Notes: generated by a model not told the origin, from the letters alone. 64,000 bases of DNA from Granulosicoccaceae bacterium (GCA_965214025.1 CBDCAW010000008.1:4434-68433); one strand, 5' to 3'; counted from the stretch's first letter, positions 39,562-50,328 are shown. Made by a program: numbers and translations.

Positions 39562-40554
39562 ATGAAAGGCTTCGCCCCGCACTTCGCGGACCTGCCCGAC
39601 TACATTCTCCAGATGACCAAGGAGGTATGGGAGGATCGCGGCATATCCACGCTGCACCACTACTACGCCAAGGAGATGATACTGCGCTCCACGAGCGGGC
39701 TGATTCGCGGCAGCGACGGGGTCATCGCCGACACGCTGGCGACGCTCTCGGAGGCACCCGATCGACGCATCCTCGGCGAGGACGTGATCTGGTCCGGCGA
39801 TGAGTATTCGGGCTTCATGTCTTCGCATCGCGCGATGACGCTCGGCACGCATACCGGCCACGGAGTCCACGGTCCGGCCACCAACCGGCGCTTCGCGTAC
39901 CGTGCGATCGCCGACTGCGTCTGCCGCGATGACGTCATTCACGAGGAATGGCTGGTACGCGACAGTTCCGCGATCGCAATTCAGCTCGGTCTCGACCCCG
40001 TCGAAGAGGCACGTGCGCAGATCGTGCGCCAGGGCGGCCCCGAGAGCGCTATCCGCCCGCTCGACGCCGCCAACGACGTCGCCGAAGAAGTCTATACCGG
40101 TCGTGGCAACGACAACGAATGGGGCGAGCGGCTCGAGGATATTCTCGTGCGGCTCATGGCAGCCGACGTCACGGTCATCAGGAAGACCTACGACCGCGCC
40201 GCCGCGATCGCCCACCCCGGCACGCGTGACGGCTGGTCCTTCGACTTCGCAGAGACCGAGTGGATGCGGCTACGATCGGCGTTCCCATCGGCCCGCTTCA
40301 AGGTCGATCACCGTATCGGTCGCAGCGATCCAGGCCAACCGAACCGCGCGGCGGTGCGCTGGACCTTGACCGGCAGCCATGACGGTCTCGGCGCGTTCGG
40401 GCCCCCGTCCGGTGCACCGGTGCACATCATGGGCATCACCCACGTGGAGTTCGGTCCGTACGGCGAATACGGCTGGGGTGTGCGCCGCGAGTGGACGGTG
40501 TTCGACGAGGTGGCGGTGTGGAAGCAGATCCTGTTGCACGGCGGGCGGGTGTAG
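39562..40554 (+). CDS. ester cyclase / tandem SnoaL-like (NTF2-fold) protein
   Basis: DLPDYIL..T..VWE.R, EDVIWSG, G.H.GHG, EEWLVRD, RW.L.G.H.G...FG, REWTVFDE. Confidence 0.8.
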   Translation: MKGFAPHFADLPDYILQMTKEVWEDRGISTLHHYYAKEMILRSTSGLIRGSDGVIADTLATLSEAPDRRILGEDVIWSGDEYSGFMSSHRAMTLGTHTGHGVHGPATNRRFAYRAIADCVCRDDVIHEEWLVRDSSAIAIQLGLDPVEEARAQIVRQGGPESAIRPLDAANDVAEEVYTGRGNDNEWGERLEDILVRLMAADVTVIRKTYDRAAAIAHPGTRDGWSFDFAETEWMRLRSAFPSARFKVDHRIGRSDPGQPNRAAVRWTLTGSHDGLGAFGPPSGAPVHIMGITHVEFGPYGEYGWGVRREWTVFDEVAVWKQILLHGGRV

Positions 40555-40854
40555 CGGTCTTCCGCCCCGTGTAGTACCCAGCGGGTTACCGAGACCGCAT
40601 TGCGTTCGCGCTGCCACACAGCGAGGCGCCTTGCGGTCGTTCGATCGGCGCTCTCCATGCCAATGGGTCCATGGCCAAGCGTTTCGAGCTCTTATGCTCG
40701 CCTCTCGATAAGTCCTATGACTGCATTGAAACCGTGATCTAGTTCACAACACACGACTTTGCACTTATAGTTCAGGTGCTCGTCATCTGCGTGGTGAATG
40801 TCAACAAAGATGCGGGCCAGCCCTCTCCAGTCTTCGACCCACGAGAAAATCCGC

Positions 40855-41889
40855 ATGATCAAGTCCTTCGCAGGCATGGCCCGCGTAGCGCTCGCCGCGT
40901 CGTTCACGCTGGGCACCGCGCACGCCGAGACGCTGACGATGCAGAGTGTCTACCCCTCCTCATTGCCTTTGCTCGGCGATAGCGGTATACGGTTGGTCGA
41001 ACAGGTCTCGAAGCTGACAGGCGGAAAGCTCGAGCTTGAGTTCAACGAGCCCGGGGCGATCGTCGGCGGCAACGAGATGTGGGACGCGATCTCCACCGGT
41101 GCGGTCGATGCGGGTTGGTACAGCCCCGGCTTCGCTCAGGGGATCATCCCTTCGGCCGCGATCTTCACTGCCGTCCCGTTCGGTCCGGACATCAGGGCCT
41201 ACACCGCGTGGTGGTACGAAGGTGGTGGTAGCCAGATCTGGGCCGAGATCAGCGAGCCTTACGACATTCATACCGAATTGTGCGGGGTGCTTGTGCCCGA
41301 GGCCTCGGGCTGGTTCGCCAAGGAGATCAACACACCGGCGGACCTCAAGGGCGTCAAGATGCGGGTGTTCGGGCTAGGAGCCAATGTCATGGGGAAGCTC
41401 GGCGTGGAGGCGCAGTCGATGCCGGTGGCGGACACGCTCACCGCGCTGCGCCTCGGTACCGTCGATGCGGCCGAGGTCTCCTTTCCGCTGATCGACAAGC
41501 AGGTCGGCATGGATGAATACGCGAGCCACTACTACTTCCCGGGCTGGCACCAGCAGACATCGTTGATCACGTTCATTGCCAACCAGAAGGTGTGGGACGG
41601 CCTCGAGGAACAGGAGCGCTTCGCCATCGAGACGGCCTGCGCGGCCAACGTCACGTACATGATGGCCGAAGGCGAGGCCGGGCAGCTCGAACCGCTGGCC
41701 GAGCTGCAGGCGGCCGGGGTGACCGTGCACACGTGGAACGAAGAGATGATGACGGCCTTTCGGGACGCCTGGGATGCCGTGGTCGAGGAACAGACCGAGG
41801 CCGATCCGGATTTCGCCCGAGCCTGGAAAAGCCTGTCCGACTTTCGCGGACAGTTCGCCAAATGGTCGGATCTATCCTATCTCAAGTGA
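40855..41889 (+). CDS. dctP: TRAP transporter substrate-binding protein
   Basis: Signal peptide, EPGAIV, ASGWFAKEINT..DLKGVKMRVFG, YYFPGWHQ. Confidence 0.93.
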   Translation: MIKSFAGMARVALAASFTLGTAHAETLTMQSVYPSSLPLLGDSGIRLVEQVSKLTGGKLELEFNEPGAIVGGNEMWDAISTGAVDAGWYSPGFAQGIIPSAAIFTAVPFGPDIRAYTAWWYEGGGSQIWAEISEPYDIHTELCGVLVPEASGWFAKEINTPADLKGVKMRVFGLGANVMGKLGVEAQSMPVADTLTALRLGTVDAAEVSFPLIDKQVGMDEYASHYYFPGWHQQTSLITFIANQKVWDGLEEQERFAIETACAANVTYMMAEGEAGQLEPLAELQAAGVTVHTWNEEMMTAFRDAWDAVVEEQTEADPDFARAWKSLSDFRGQFAKWSDLSYLK

Positions 41890-41901
41890 TCGACGGGTGA
41901 G

Positions 41902-42492
41902 ATGCCTGCCACGGGCGACCACACCGCACGGACGCCGAAGACTGGCCCGGTGACGAGGCTGGACACGGTGGCCGACGCCCTGGCGCAACCCTGCCGCATC
42001 GCGGCGGCGCTTTGCGGGTGGCTCCTCATCGTGCTCATGGGGGTCATCTTGTACGACGTGATCGGTCGCCGGTTCATGTCGACCGGGTCGTTCAAGCTCC
42101 AGGAGTTGGAGTGGCACCTGCACGGCGCGATCGCTGTATCGTGCTTCGGCTACACCTACATCGAGAACGCTCATGTCCGCATCGACGTGCTCTCCCAGCG
42201 CCTGCGGGAGCGCACACGGCTATGGATAGAGATCGCCGCCATTGTGCTCTTCCTGCTGCCATTCATGGCGCTGCTGACCTGGTACGGCACCGACTTCGCC
42301 TGGCGCTCCTTCGAGCGCGGCGAAGGTAGTGCTGGAGGCGTAGGGCTGGAGCACCGCTGGATCATCAAGTCGACCATCCCGCTTGGGGCGGTGCTGACGA
42401 TGCTGGGGGGGTTGTCGGTGCTGCTGAGAAGCGTTTCGATGCTGCGCACACCGCTCGACTCCGCCGGCACTGCCGTAGATCGTGCCTCGTGA
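41902..42492 (+). CDS. dctQ: TRAP small permease
   Basis: LQELEWHLHG, HVRIDVL, 4 TM. Confidence 0.92.
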   Translation: MPATGDHTARTPKTGPVTRLDTVADALAQPCRIAAALCGWLLIVLMGVILYDVIGRRFMSTGSFKLQELEWHLHGAIAVSCFGYTYIENAHVRIDVLSQRLRERTRLWIEIAAIVLFLLPFMALLTWYGTDFAWRSFERGEGSAGGVGLEHRWIIKSTIPLGAVLTMLGGLSVLLRSVSMLRTPLDSAGTAVDRAS

Positions 42493-43856
42493 TCGAGATC
42501 GTCTCCGCGGCGCTACCGGGCGCGATGTTCCTGACGCTTGTCGTGGCACTGTTCTCCGGCGCCCCGGTCGCGATCATGCTGATGGGCACGAGCCTCGTCT
42601 TCGGGTTACTGGCGCTGTGGACCGGCGACATGCGGGCAGCACACGCCACGCTGCTGCCCAACAGGATCTTCTCGGGCACCATCGAGAATGGGGTGCTGGT
42701 GGCCGCGCCGATGTTCATATTCATGGGCTTCATCATGGAGAAGGCGCGCATCGCCGAGGATCTGCTGCTCACGTTGCAACGCCTGATGCGCGCGATCCCC
42801 GGAGGCCTGGCGCTAGCGGTGGTGCTCATGGGCACCATCCTGGCCGCAGCCACGGGCATCATCGGCGCGTCGGTCGTGGTGCTGACCATGCTCGCCGTGC
42901 CCACGATGATCGAGCGCGGCTACGACCGCGGGCTCGCCGCCGGTACGGTGGCCTCGGCCGGGACCCTCGGCATCCTGATCCCACCGTCGGTGATGCTTGT
43001 CTTCATGGGGGACCTGCTGAGCATTTCGCTCGGGCGGCTGTTCGTCGCCGCGCTGCTGCCAGGCCTGGTGCTGTCGGTGCTCTACGTGATCTACATCGTG
43101 GCACGCAGCGCGCTGCAGCCGTCGATGGCTCCGAAGGTCCCGCGCGAGAGTGCGGACGAGCGCCGCGGTCTGTGGCTCGAATCGATCAAGTCCGTCGCGG
43201 CACCGCTGACGATGATCATCGCCGTGCTCGGCTCGATTCTGGCCGGCGTGGCAACGCCGACAGAGGCGTCCGGTGTGGGAGTATTCGCCGCCCTCCTCCT
43301 GAGCGCCCTGCGCGGTCGTCTCGACAGGTTCATGCTGGCGGCCAGCATGGACGGCGCCGTCAAGTCGCTCGGCATGCTGTTCTTCATATTCGTTGGTGCG
43401 ACCGCCTTTGCCTACATCTTCCGAAAGGTGGGCGGCGAGCACTTCATCGTCGAGACCGCAAGCGCTCTGCCGTTCGGTGACTGGGGACTGCTGTTTGCGA
43501 TCATGGGGTTGATCTTCGTGATGGGGTTCTTCTTCGACTGGATCGAGATCACGCTGATCATGCTGCCCATCTTCGCGCCGATCGTGGCGGTCATGGACCT
43601 GGGCGGCCACGTCCCGCAGGAGCAGATGATCTACTGGTTCGCCATTCTGGTCTCGCTCAACCTGCAGACCTCCTTTCTGACCCCGCCGTTCGGTTTCGCC
43701 CTGTTCTACCTGAAGGGTGCTGCCGGATCACTGCTGTCGATGGCGGACATCTATCGAGGCATCATCCCGTTCGTGCTGCTTCAACTCATGCTGCTGGGTC
43801 TCACGATGCGCTACCCCGGTGTAGCGCTCTGGCTCCCGAACAAGCTGTTCGAGTGA
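42489..43856 (+). CDS. dctM: TRAP large permease
   Basis: LVAAPMFIFMG, GTLGILIPPS, ATPTEA, LQTSFLTPPFGFALFYL. Confidence 0.95.
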   Translation: MIEIVSAALPGAMFLTLVVALFSGAPVAIMLMGTSLVFGLLALWTGDMRAAHATLLPNRIFSGTIENGVLVAAPMFIFMGFIMEKARIAEDLLLTLQRLMRAIPGGLALAVVLMGTILAAATGIIGASVVVLTMLAVPTMIERGYDRGLAAGTVASAGTLGILIPPSVMLVFMGDLLSISLGRLFVAALLPGLVLSVLYVIYIVARSALQPSMAPKVPRESADERRGLWLESIKSVAAPLTMIIAVLGSILAGVATPTEASGVGVFAALLLSALRGRLDRFMLAASMDGAVKSLGMLFFIFVGATAFAYIFRKVGGEHFIVETASALPFGDWGLLFAIMGLIFVMGFFFDWIEITLIMLPIFAPIVAVMDLGGHVPQEQMIYWFAILVSLNLQTSFLTPPFGFALFYLKGAAGSLLSMADIYRGIIPFVLLQLMLLGLTMRYPGVALWLPNKLFE

Positions 43857-44003
43857 TGCGTGCCGACCCAGCGTTCCAGCGATATGTCGGGACAGGAAGT
43901 ACTAATTTCGAAAAAAATTCGGTAGCGTTTCTACTACGACCGATAATAAATCCATAAGTTTTCCCCGTTCATATGCATGTCCCACCCTGTTTCTGAGCCT
44001 TAC

Positions 44004-44975
44004 TTAACGAGGTTGGGTTGGGATGTCTGCGCCAGCAATGTACCGTTCTCCCTTGAACCAGCGAATCACGTCCCAATAGTCGAATCCGAGACAGATTCCA
44101 ATCGTCACAAGGAGTACCACTACATATGACCAGAGCAAGGGAGTTGCCGAATAGCTGATCTCAGCTCCCAGTGCCGTAGACGCGGTCATACGGAAAACGA
44201 GATAAACAAACAGCGGACTCCAGGGCAAAATGTGCGCAAGGCCAAGCAGCCTGGATAGCCCTCGTTGTTGCACCATGAAGATCGTGAGAAAGGGGCCGGT
44301 CAGTACGTACAGAAGGAGTGTCCATACTGCGAACTCATCCTGCCCGACGAACGCGATCGCGCCTAGAAACACCAGATTAAGCAATATCAACCAAACCTTG
44401 ATCCATAGATCAAGCGCCATCCAGGAAACGACCACATCGTTGAAAACTGTCGTGTGCTCCTCGCTAACCGCCCCTGACTTGCCATCGGTCGCCGGCTGGT
44501 GTCGCCGTAGCCCGATGCACTGAAACAGAGCGAAAAGCGCCACTACGGCAGCTAGCGCAATCAGGACCAAACGGCCAAACTGGTTGATTTCCGGAAGCAC
44601 TAGCAGAAGTACCCCGCTCAAGACAACCCACAGTATGTCGAGAACTAGAACTATCCAAACAAGTCGTGCCGGGGGTGTTCTCTGCATGCCAAGCAGACAT
44701 AAAACCAGAGAATACCCAACCAGCACGGAACCCAGTATAGTCAGCGACATCGTGACTACTTCAACAGAAAGACCGGTATGTCTACCGAGTAATGGTGCGA
44801 AAAGGAGAAAAACGAAACCGCACAACCCGCTGAAACAAGCGTTGCCAACCAGCGCGAGTTGAAGGAGCTCAAGCTTTGGTCGCGGTTCATGTGCAGAAAA
44901 ACCAGACTGATCATGAAGAACAGCCGGGCTGCTAGGTTCAGCTGCCTGATCGGTACCGAAAAATTTTATACTCAT
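44004..44975 (-). CDS. multi-pass membrane protein, apparently two fused membrane domains; visibly more AT-rich than its neighbours
   Basis: Two ~4-TM halves (GNACFSG...FQCIGLRR and WIKVWL...GLSRLLGLAHI...FDYWDVIRW) joined by a polar linker. Start uncertain (44975 or 45011). Confidence 0.7.
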   Translation of the reverse strand: MSIKFFGTDQAAEPSSPAVLHDQSGFSAHEPRPKLELLQLALVGNACFSGLCGFVFLLFAPLLGRHTGLSVEVVTMSLTILGSVLVGYSLVLCLLGMQRTPPARLVWIVLVLDILWVVLSGVLLLVLPEINQFGRLVLIALAAVVALFALFQCIGLRRHQPATDGKSGAVSEEHTTVFNDVVVSWMALDLWIKVWLILLNLVFLGAIAFVGQDEFAVWTLLLYVLTGPFLTIFMVQQRGLSRLLGLAHILPWSPLFVYLVFRMTASTALGAEISYSATPLLWSYVVVLLVTIGICLGFDYWDVIRWFKGERYIAGADIPTQPR

Positions 44976-45229
44976 AACTGCGTATCCAATTGACGTTAGA
45001 GAACAGATCATCCTCTCATTTCGGTTACAGCTGACTCAGAATCATCCTCGGTCGTTCACTAGGTAACCGACTAGAATCTTCATCGACGTTACAAAATGTC
45101 GTCATACACTTCAGCCCGTCAGACCGGGCATTGGTTCATTGCATAAACGTCTCGGCAAAGCCGAGAGAAATCGAACTACGGTCCGTGCAACACGGTTGCG
45201 GAGTCGTATCGCGATCCCTCTTCGTTCCG

Positions 45230-45410
45230 GGCACGCCATGACGGTCAAAGTACGCCGGGCTGCCGCAGGTGACGATATTCACCTCGCCCAGCTTTCTGCA
45301 GATGATATCGGAATCCTGCAAAGCGCCCACGCGGATGACACAATCGACGCCCTCGGAAATCAGGTCGACCATCCTGTCCGTCGTACTGACAGCGAGTGGA
45401 CGAGGTCCGG
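45230..45410 (-). pseudogene. LysR substrate-binding-domain fragment
   Basis: DRMVDLISEGVDCVIRVGALQDS.I..R.LG....VTCGSPAY, with no HTH and an abrupt end. Boundaries approximate. Confidence 0.75.
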
Positions 45411-45462
45411 GTCGGTGGAGTCAGCTTCCTTCGGCTCCCTACTTTGGCTTCAGGATCATCCC

Positions 45463-45717
45463 ATGCACGTTCTGACACTTATCGTTGCAGGTCTGGTACT
45501 ACTCTCACTGGTTTATGGCGTTGCCCGGAGCACCGGGCGCCGCTTTCGCAACCTCCTGCCTTACTATCTCGCCGTCTGGTTCGTGGCCTCGCTCGCGAAC
45601 CTGTGGATCGGCGTAACGCGTGCGGGCTATTCGGTTGCCGAGGAAGCGCTGGTACTCATTCCCGTTTTCGGAATTCCCGCGCTCGCAGCCTTCCTGCTTG
45701 CCAGACGGGCTCTATGA
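45463..45717 (+). CDS. small membrane protein
   Basis: 84 aa, 3 TM, NLWIGVTRAGYSVAEE motif. Confidence 0.75.
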   Translation: MHVLTLIVAGLVLLSLVYGVARSTGRRFRNLLPYYLAVWFVASLANLWIGVTRAGYSVAEEALVLIPVFGIPALAAFLLARRAL

Positions 45718-45819
45718 TGCTGATGGTGGCCGGTGCCATTGTCGACGTTTCAAATGGCCGGCCTAACCCGAAAACGGGTAGCCTGATTCGAGTGAGAACT
45801 GACATCCGGAGCCTTCTCC

Positions 45820-45928
45820 ATGACCCCCACCATCACCGCATTCCAACAGTCACCCGATCGAGGTAAGGGGTTGGCCCGTGACATTCGCGTCCGTTGGGCG
45901 CTCGAAGAAGTGAACCGACCCTACGACG
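45820..45928 (+). pseudogene. glutathione S-transferase N-terminal fragment
   Basis: MTPTITAFQQSPDRGKGLARDIRVRWALEEVNRPYD, after which similarity is lost. Confidence 0.75.
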
Positions 45929-46006
45929 GTAGAGCGCCTCATGCGGGAACACGTTCGCTTTTAAGAATCGGGTCATGGGATATACAACACCCGGCACCCG
46001 ACCCTG

Positions 46007-47374
46007 TCAAGGGTTTGCATTCGCATTACCAGTCAACCTCTTACGCAGGCGGCTTGAAAACGAATCGAACACGTAGACGACGATCAGAATCAGGAGCACC
46101 ATGTAGAACACGTTTTCCCAATCCGAATTGGTGCGCATCGCCTCCCACAGCTTCAGGCCGATGCCTCCGGCACCCACCGCGCCGATGATCGTAGCGGAGC
46201 GGGTGTTGGATTCCCAGAAGTACAAGGCCTGGCTGGCAAAGATCGGCAATACCTGCGGCAGCACACCGAAACGCTGCACCGCCACGCTAGAGGCACCGGT
46301 GGATGCCACGCCCTCACGCTGCCGGTCGTCGATATTCTCCAGCGCCTCCGCGTAGAGCTTGCCAAAGGTGCCGGTCTCGGTGAAGAAGATCGCCGAAATA
46401 CCGGCCAGTGGGCCCGGGCCGAATGCACGGGTGAAGAACAGCGCCCAGATCAGCATGTCCACCGAGCGCAGGAAGTCGAAGCTGCGTTTGGTGGCGGTAT
46501 TGATCAATCGATTGCGGGTGATATTGCGCGCAGCAAGGAACGACAACGGAAAGGCCAGGAGCACCGCCAGCAAGGTACCGACGAACGCCATCACGATGGT
46601 CTGCAGGAGCTTCGTCCATACGTCCAGATGCTGCCATTCCGCATTGTAGAGAATGTTGTTCCAGGCCAGCGACAGGTTGGAGCGATCCGGATCGAGCCGC
46701 TCGGAGGAGAACAGGCGTACGAATCGCTCTGACCAGGACATGCCATGGAACGGAGAGTCGGTGTCGAACAGGAAATTCTCCCAACCGAGAAAGCGATGTC
46801 GCACCTTGACCTCGTCATCATCGACCTCTACCCGCCCGGCAAAGCCGAAGTAGGCCACCACCTTTCGATTCTCGCGCTTCTGTTCGGCCCACGCGGGCAG
46901 CTCGCCCACCGGTTCGACGTGTTCATCAAGCAAGACGTGGATCGTGAGCGACTGCTGGCCACGGGTCAGCACCACGCGTTCAGCGGATACTTCGACGCGG
47001 CCGGCAGTACCCATCGTGATCGTCACCTGGTCGAGCGAATCGGCACGGCCCTGGCGTGTCATCCATGAGTGTTCGCTCTGCAGCCCCTGCGGATCGAAAC
47101 GGGGAAAGTCTATCGACAGGCTTGTAATGCGGGTTGATCCGTCGTCATTGGAGAACTCTATATCCGGTCGGCTCTCATAGCTGACCCAGTCGGCGAGGTA
47201 AGCGCCGGCTATCGACCAGTTGGCCGACACCAGCATGGAGGTGATGCCGAAGAGCGCATTGCAGAATACGAAGTACAGCAGCACGACGGTCGTGATGAGC
47301 AGACCGCGATGACGTTCGGTGAACGGGCGGTGAAAGATCTCCGGGTATCGATCCACGAGGGCTTGCTGCGACAT
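46007..47374 (-). CDS. phnE: phosphonate ABC permease (long form)
   Basis: LQTIVMAFVGT, RSVDMLIWALFF..AFGPGPLAG, GKLYAEALE, ESNTRSATIIGAVGAGGIG. Confidence 0.93.
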   Translation of the reverse strand: MSQQALVDRYPEIFHRPFTERHRGLLITTVVLLYFVFCNALFGITSMLVSANWSIAGAYLADWVSYESRPDIEFSNDDGSTRITSLSIDFPRFDPQGLQSEHSWMTRQGRADSLDQVTITMGTAGRVEVSAERVVLTRGQQSLTIHVLLDEHVEPVGELPAWAEQKRENRKVVAYFGFAGRVEVDDDEVKVRHRFLGWENFLFDTDSPFHGMSWSERFVRLFSSERLDPDRSNLSLAWNNILYNAEWQHLDVWTKLLQTIVMAFVGTLLAVLLAFPLSFLAARNITRNRLINTATKRSFDFLRSVDMLIWALFFTRAFGPGPLAGISAIFFTETGTFGKLYAEALENIDDRQREGVASTGASSVAVQRFGVLPQVLPIFASQALYFWESNTRSATIIGAVGAGGIGLKLWEAMRTNSDWENVFYMVLLILIVVYVFDSFSSRLRKRLTGNANANP

Positions 47375-47377
47375 GCG

Positions 47378-48313
47378 CTACGACGTCCAGCCAGCACTGC
47401 CGGTCAGCCGCTTGCGACAATGCGCCGACAGATGATCGACCAGCACGATGGTGGAAAACAGCAACAGAATGATGGCCAGCGTCTTGGCTTCATGCCCGCG
47501 ACTGATGGACAGGCGCAGTGCCTCACCGATACCACCCCCGCCCACGGCCCCGATGATGGTCGAGGCTCTTACATTGATCTCGAGCCGCAACAGCGTATAG
47601 CTGACGATGTTCGGCATGATCTGCGGTACCACGGCGAAACGCACCTGCTCCATCCATCCGGCACCCGATGCCTGCAGACCTTCCACCGGTTGCATATCGG
47701 CGTTTTCCACGACTTCGAAGAACAGCTTGCCCAGGGCGCCAATCGTGTGGATGGCGATCGCGATCATCGCGGGAATCGGCCCGAGCGAGAGGATGGCTAC
47801 GAAGAACCCCGCGATCACGATCTCCGGAAAGGCACGTGTGATCTCCAGAAACCGACGTACCGTGCCACGCACCCAGCGGTTGCTGTTCAGATTGCCGGCC
47901 GCGAGAAAACACAGCAGGAAACCCAGCACCGTACCGATCAGCGTGGCAAGGATGGCCACGTTGATCGTCTCCAGCATCTTGAAGACATACTCCGGCAGGT
48001 AGAACGACTCAGTGAGATACACACGACCCACCTCATAGTCGTACTTGAAGCTGCCATCGGCATAGGGCGACGGTCGATCGAACAAGGCTCGCCAGACCTC
48101 CCAGCCATCGCGCGGTACGAAGTCGCCGAGGAAATCGAAGAAATACGGCAGGCGATCGAAGAACTTGCCGGCGCTGGCCTCATTGGCAAACTGCACCGAG
48201 GCCAGGAAAGCGAGCAGCAACAGGCCGAGGCACAGGGCGGTATACCAGCGTCGCCGTGCGACCTGGGCCTGCCAGTGGCGTTCCATGCCGAGGCCGGCGA
48301 CGCTTACCGACAT
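47378..48313 (-). CDS. phnE: phosphonate ABC permease
   Basis: RAFPEIVIA, GALGKLFFE..EN, LRLEINVRASTIIGAVGGGGIG. Confidence 0.93.
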   Translation of the reverse strand: MSVSVAGLGMERHWQAQVARRRWYTALCLGLLLLAFLASVQFANEASAGKFFDRLPYFFDFLGDFVPRDGWEVWRALFDRPSPYADGSFKYDYEVGRVYLTESFYLPEYVFKMLETINVAILATLIGTVLGFLLCFLAAGNLNSNRWVRGTVRRFLEITRAFPEIVIAGFFVAILSLGPIPAMIAIAIHTIGALGKLFFEVVENADMQPVEGLQASGAGWMEQVRFAVVPQIMPNIVSYTLLRLEINVRASTIIGAVGGGGIGEALRLSISRGHEAKTLAIILLLFSTIVLVDHLSAHCRKRLTGSAGWTS

Positions 48314-48365
48314 GGCAACACCTGGGAGCCCACCACCGGATACCGGCGTTCCGATGGATACCGGA

Positions 48366-49274
48366 TCAACCGCCGATCAAGGCCTTCCGCGCATCGATGA
48401 CAGGCTGATAGAACTCGGTGGTGATGTCTGTATAGCCCTTGAAATCGCCGCCCTGGATGGCGGAGAAGCAATCCGGATCTTTCTCTGGCAGCGCCATCAT
48501 GAATTCCACGAGTTTCTCCTTGACGCCTTCCTCCAGATCGGTACGGGCGACCATCGGTCCATTCGGGATCTGTGGTGACTTCCAGACTTCGACCAGATCG
48601 TCCATATCGAGAATGCCCTTCTCGACCATCTTGGCAAGATTCCCCGAAGTGTAACCATCCTCGAATTCACCCACACCAGACGCCCAGGTGGTACCGGCAT
48701 CGAAGTTGCCCTTCACCACTTCGAGCACCAGGTTCTCGTGCCCACCGCCGAAGCCGGTTTCTCCGAAGTACTCATCAACGCCCATGCCCACCTGTTCGGG
48801 CAGCAGGCTGTTCGGAATCAGATAGCCTGAGGTGGAATCCGGATCGGCGAAGCCGAGCTTCTTGCCTTTCAGGTCTTCCAGGGATTCGATACCGGAATCG
48901 GAGCGCACGACCATCACCGAGTGATAGCCGGTGGCACCGTCGGTCTGTACGGTGGTGAACAGCGGCTCTACCGCATTCTCATCCTCCAGGTATATCTTGG
49001 CAAAACCCGAGGCTCCCAGTTCGGCATAGTCGAGCGTGCCGCCGAGAAAGCCCTGCACGACGCCGTCGTAGTCAGCGGCGGGAAATAGCGATACTTTCTC
49101 CACACCGATGGCTTCCGGCAATGTATCGACCAGGCACTGATAGTTGCGCAACCGATCGGCCTCGTTTTCACCGCCGAGGATGCCGATGCGAAAATCGGTC
49201 ATGTCTTGAGCCGTGGTGGCGGATGATGCCACCACCGTGAACACCGCTGCACAGAGAATGCTCTTCTTGATCAT
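48366..49274 (-). CDS. phnD: phosphonate ABC substrate-binding protein
   Basis: GILGGENEADR, DYAELGAS, DPDSTSGY, GGGHE, WKSPQIPNGP. Confidence 0.95.
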   Translation of the reverse strand: MIKKSILCAAVFTVVASSATTAQDMTDFRIGILGGENEADRLRNYQCLVDTLPEAIGVEKVSLFPAADYDGVVQGFLGGTLDYAELGASGFAKIYLEDENAVEPLFTTVQTDGATGYHSVMVVRSDSGIESLEDLKGKKLGFADPDSTSGYLIPNSLLPEQVGMGVDEYFGETGFGGGHENLVLEVVKGNFDAGTTWASGVGEFEDGYTSGNLAKMVEKGILDMDDLVEVWKSPQIPNGPMVARTDLEEGVKEKLVEFMMALPEKDPDCFSAIQGGDFKGYTDITTEFYQPVIDARKALIGG

Positions 49275-49386
49275 GTCGTTTGGCCTTTGAGGGTAGGGGT
49301 TGTGTTGTGGTCGGAACCGTCAGCTCGGATGACTCGGTCGAACGTCCCTATGGATTGCATGGGTTTCCTGCACACGGTTGCCACCG

Positions 49387-50283
49387 TCAGGCAATTCCAA
49401 TGTCCTGATTGGACTCGCGATGTGCAGGGGCCTTGTGCATCAGTACTGCTACACCGTCTGTCGCGGGCAATGGGCTGGTCTTTGCGTCAGTATGATCAGG
49501 CACCGCATCCAGCCCGCTCTCGGTAGCCGCCTCATCGAAGGCCTCACCTTCATCCACGCCATACAGGGTTAGTGCAGCCTCACGGGTCAACTCATCACCG
49601 GTGCCATCGAACACCACTCGACCGTGCGCCATGCCGATGATCCGATCGCAGTAGCGTCGTGCGGTATCGAGCGTGTGCAGATTGGTGATTACCGTGATGC
49701 CATCATTCCGATTGATGTCGCGCAGCGCCTGCATGACGACTTGTGCGTTGCGAGGGTCCAGCGAGGCAATCGGTTCGTCAGCCAGTATCAACCTCGGGTC
49801 TTGAAGAAGTGCACGTGCGATAGCCACCCGCTGCTGCTGCCCACCCGACAGCGTGCCGGCCGGTTGCAATGCCGTCTGCACGATGTCCAGGCGCTCCAGC
49901 GCACCCACTGCCATGATGCGTTCACGGCGACCAAACTGATTGAGCAGATTCATCAGAGTGGAACGATGATCAAGCCGCCCCAGCATCACGTTGGTGAGCA
50001 CATCCAGACGTGGCACCAGGTTGAATTGCTGGAAGATCATCGCGCAATCGCGCCGCCAGTGACGCAGCGCCGCCCCCCTCAATGAAGAGACTTCGACATC
50101 GTTCCACAGAATCAGCCCGCTACTGGGCGTCACCAAACGGTTGAGCATACGCAGCAGTGTGGACTTGCCGGCGCCCGAGCGACCGATGATGCCGACCATC
50201 TGACCGGTGGGCACGTTCAGCGAAACACTATCCACAGCGACGGTGTCGCCGAACCGCCGCGTCAAGTTCTGCAGTTGCAACAT
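49387..50283 (-). CDS. phnC: phosphonate ABC ATP-binding protein
   Basis: [49 protein letters not shown]. Confidence 0.95.
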   Translation of the reverse strand: MLQLQNLTRRFGDTVAVDSVSLNVPTGQMVGIIGRSGAGKSTLLRMLNRLVTPSSGLILWNDVEVSSLRGAALRHWRRDCAMIFQQFNLVPRLDVLTNVMLGRLDHRSTLMNLLNQFGRRERIMAVGALERLDIVQTALQPAGTLSGGQQQRVAIARALLQDPRLILADEPIASLDPRNAQVVMQALRDINRNDGITVITNLHTLDTARRYCDRIIGMAHGRVVFDGTGDELTREAALTLYGVDEGEAFDEAATESGLDAVPDHTDAKTSPLPATDGVAVLMHKAPAHRESNQDIGIA

Positions 50284-50328
50284 GGTGAGCAGGCATCCTT
50301 GATGACAGTTGCACTGTAGTGTTTGCGT

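Noticed and set aside
45929-45965. tRNA fragment (GGTAGAGCGC) as an integration scar
   Set aside because: No acceptor stem, anticodon arm or proper T-arm can be built.
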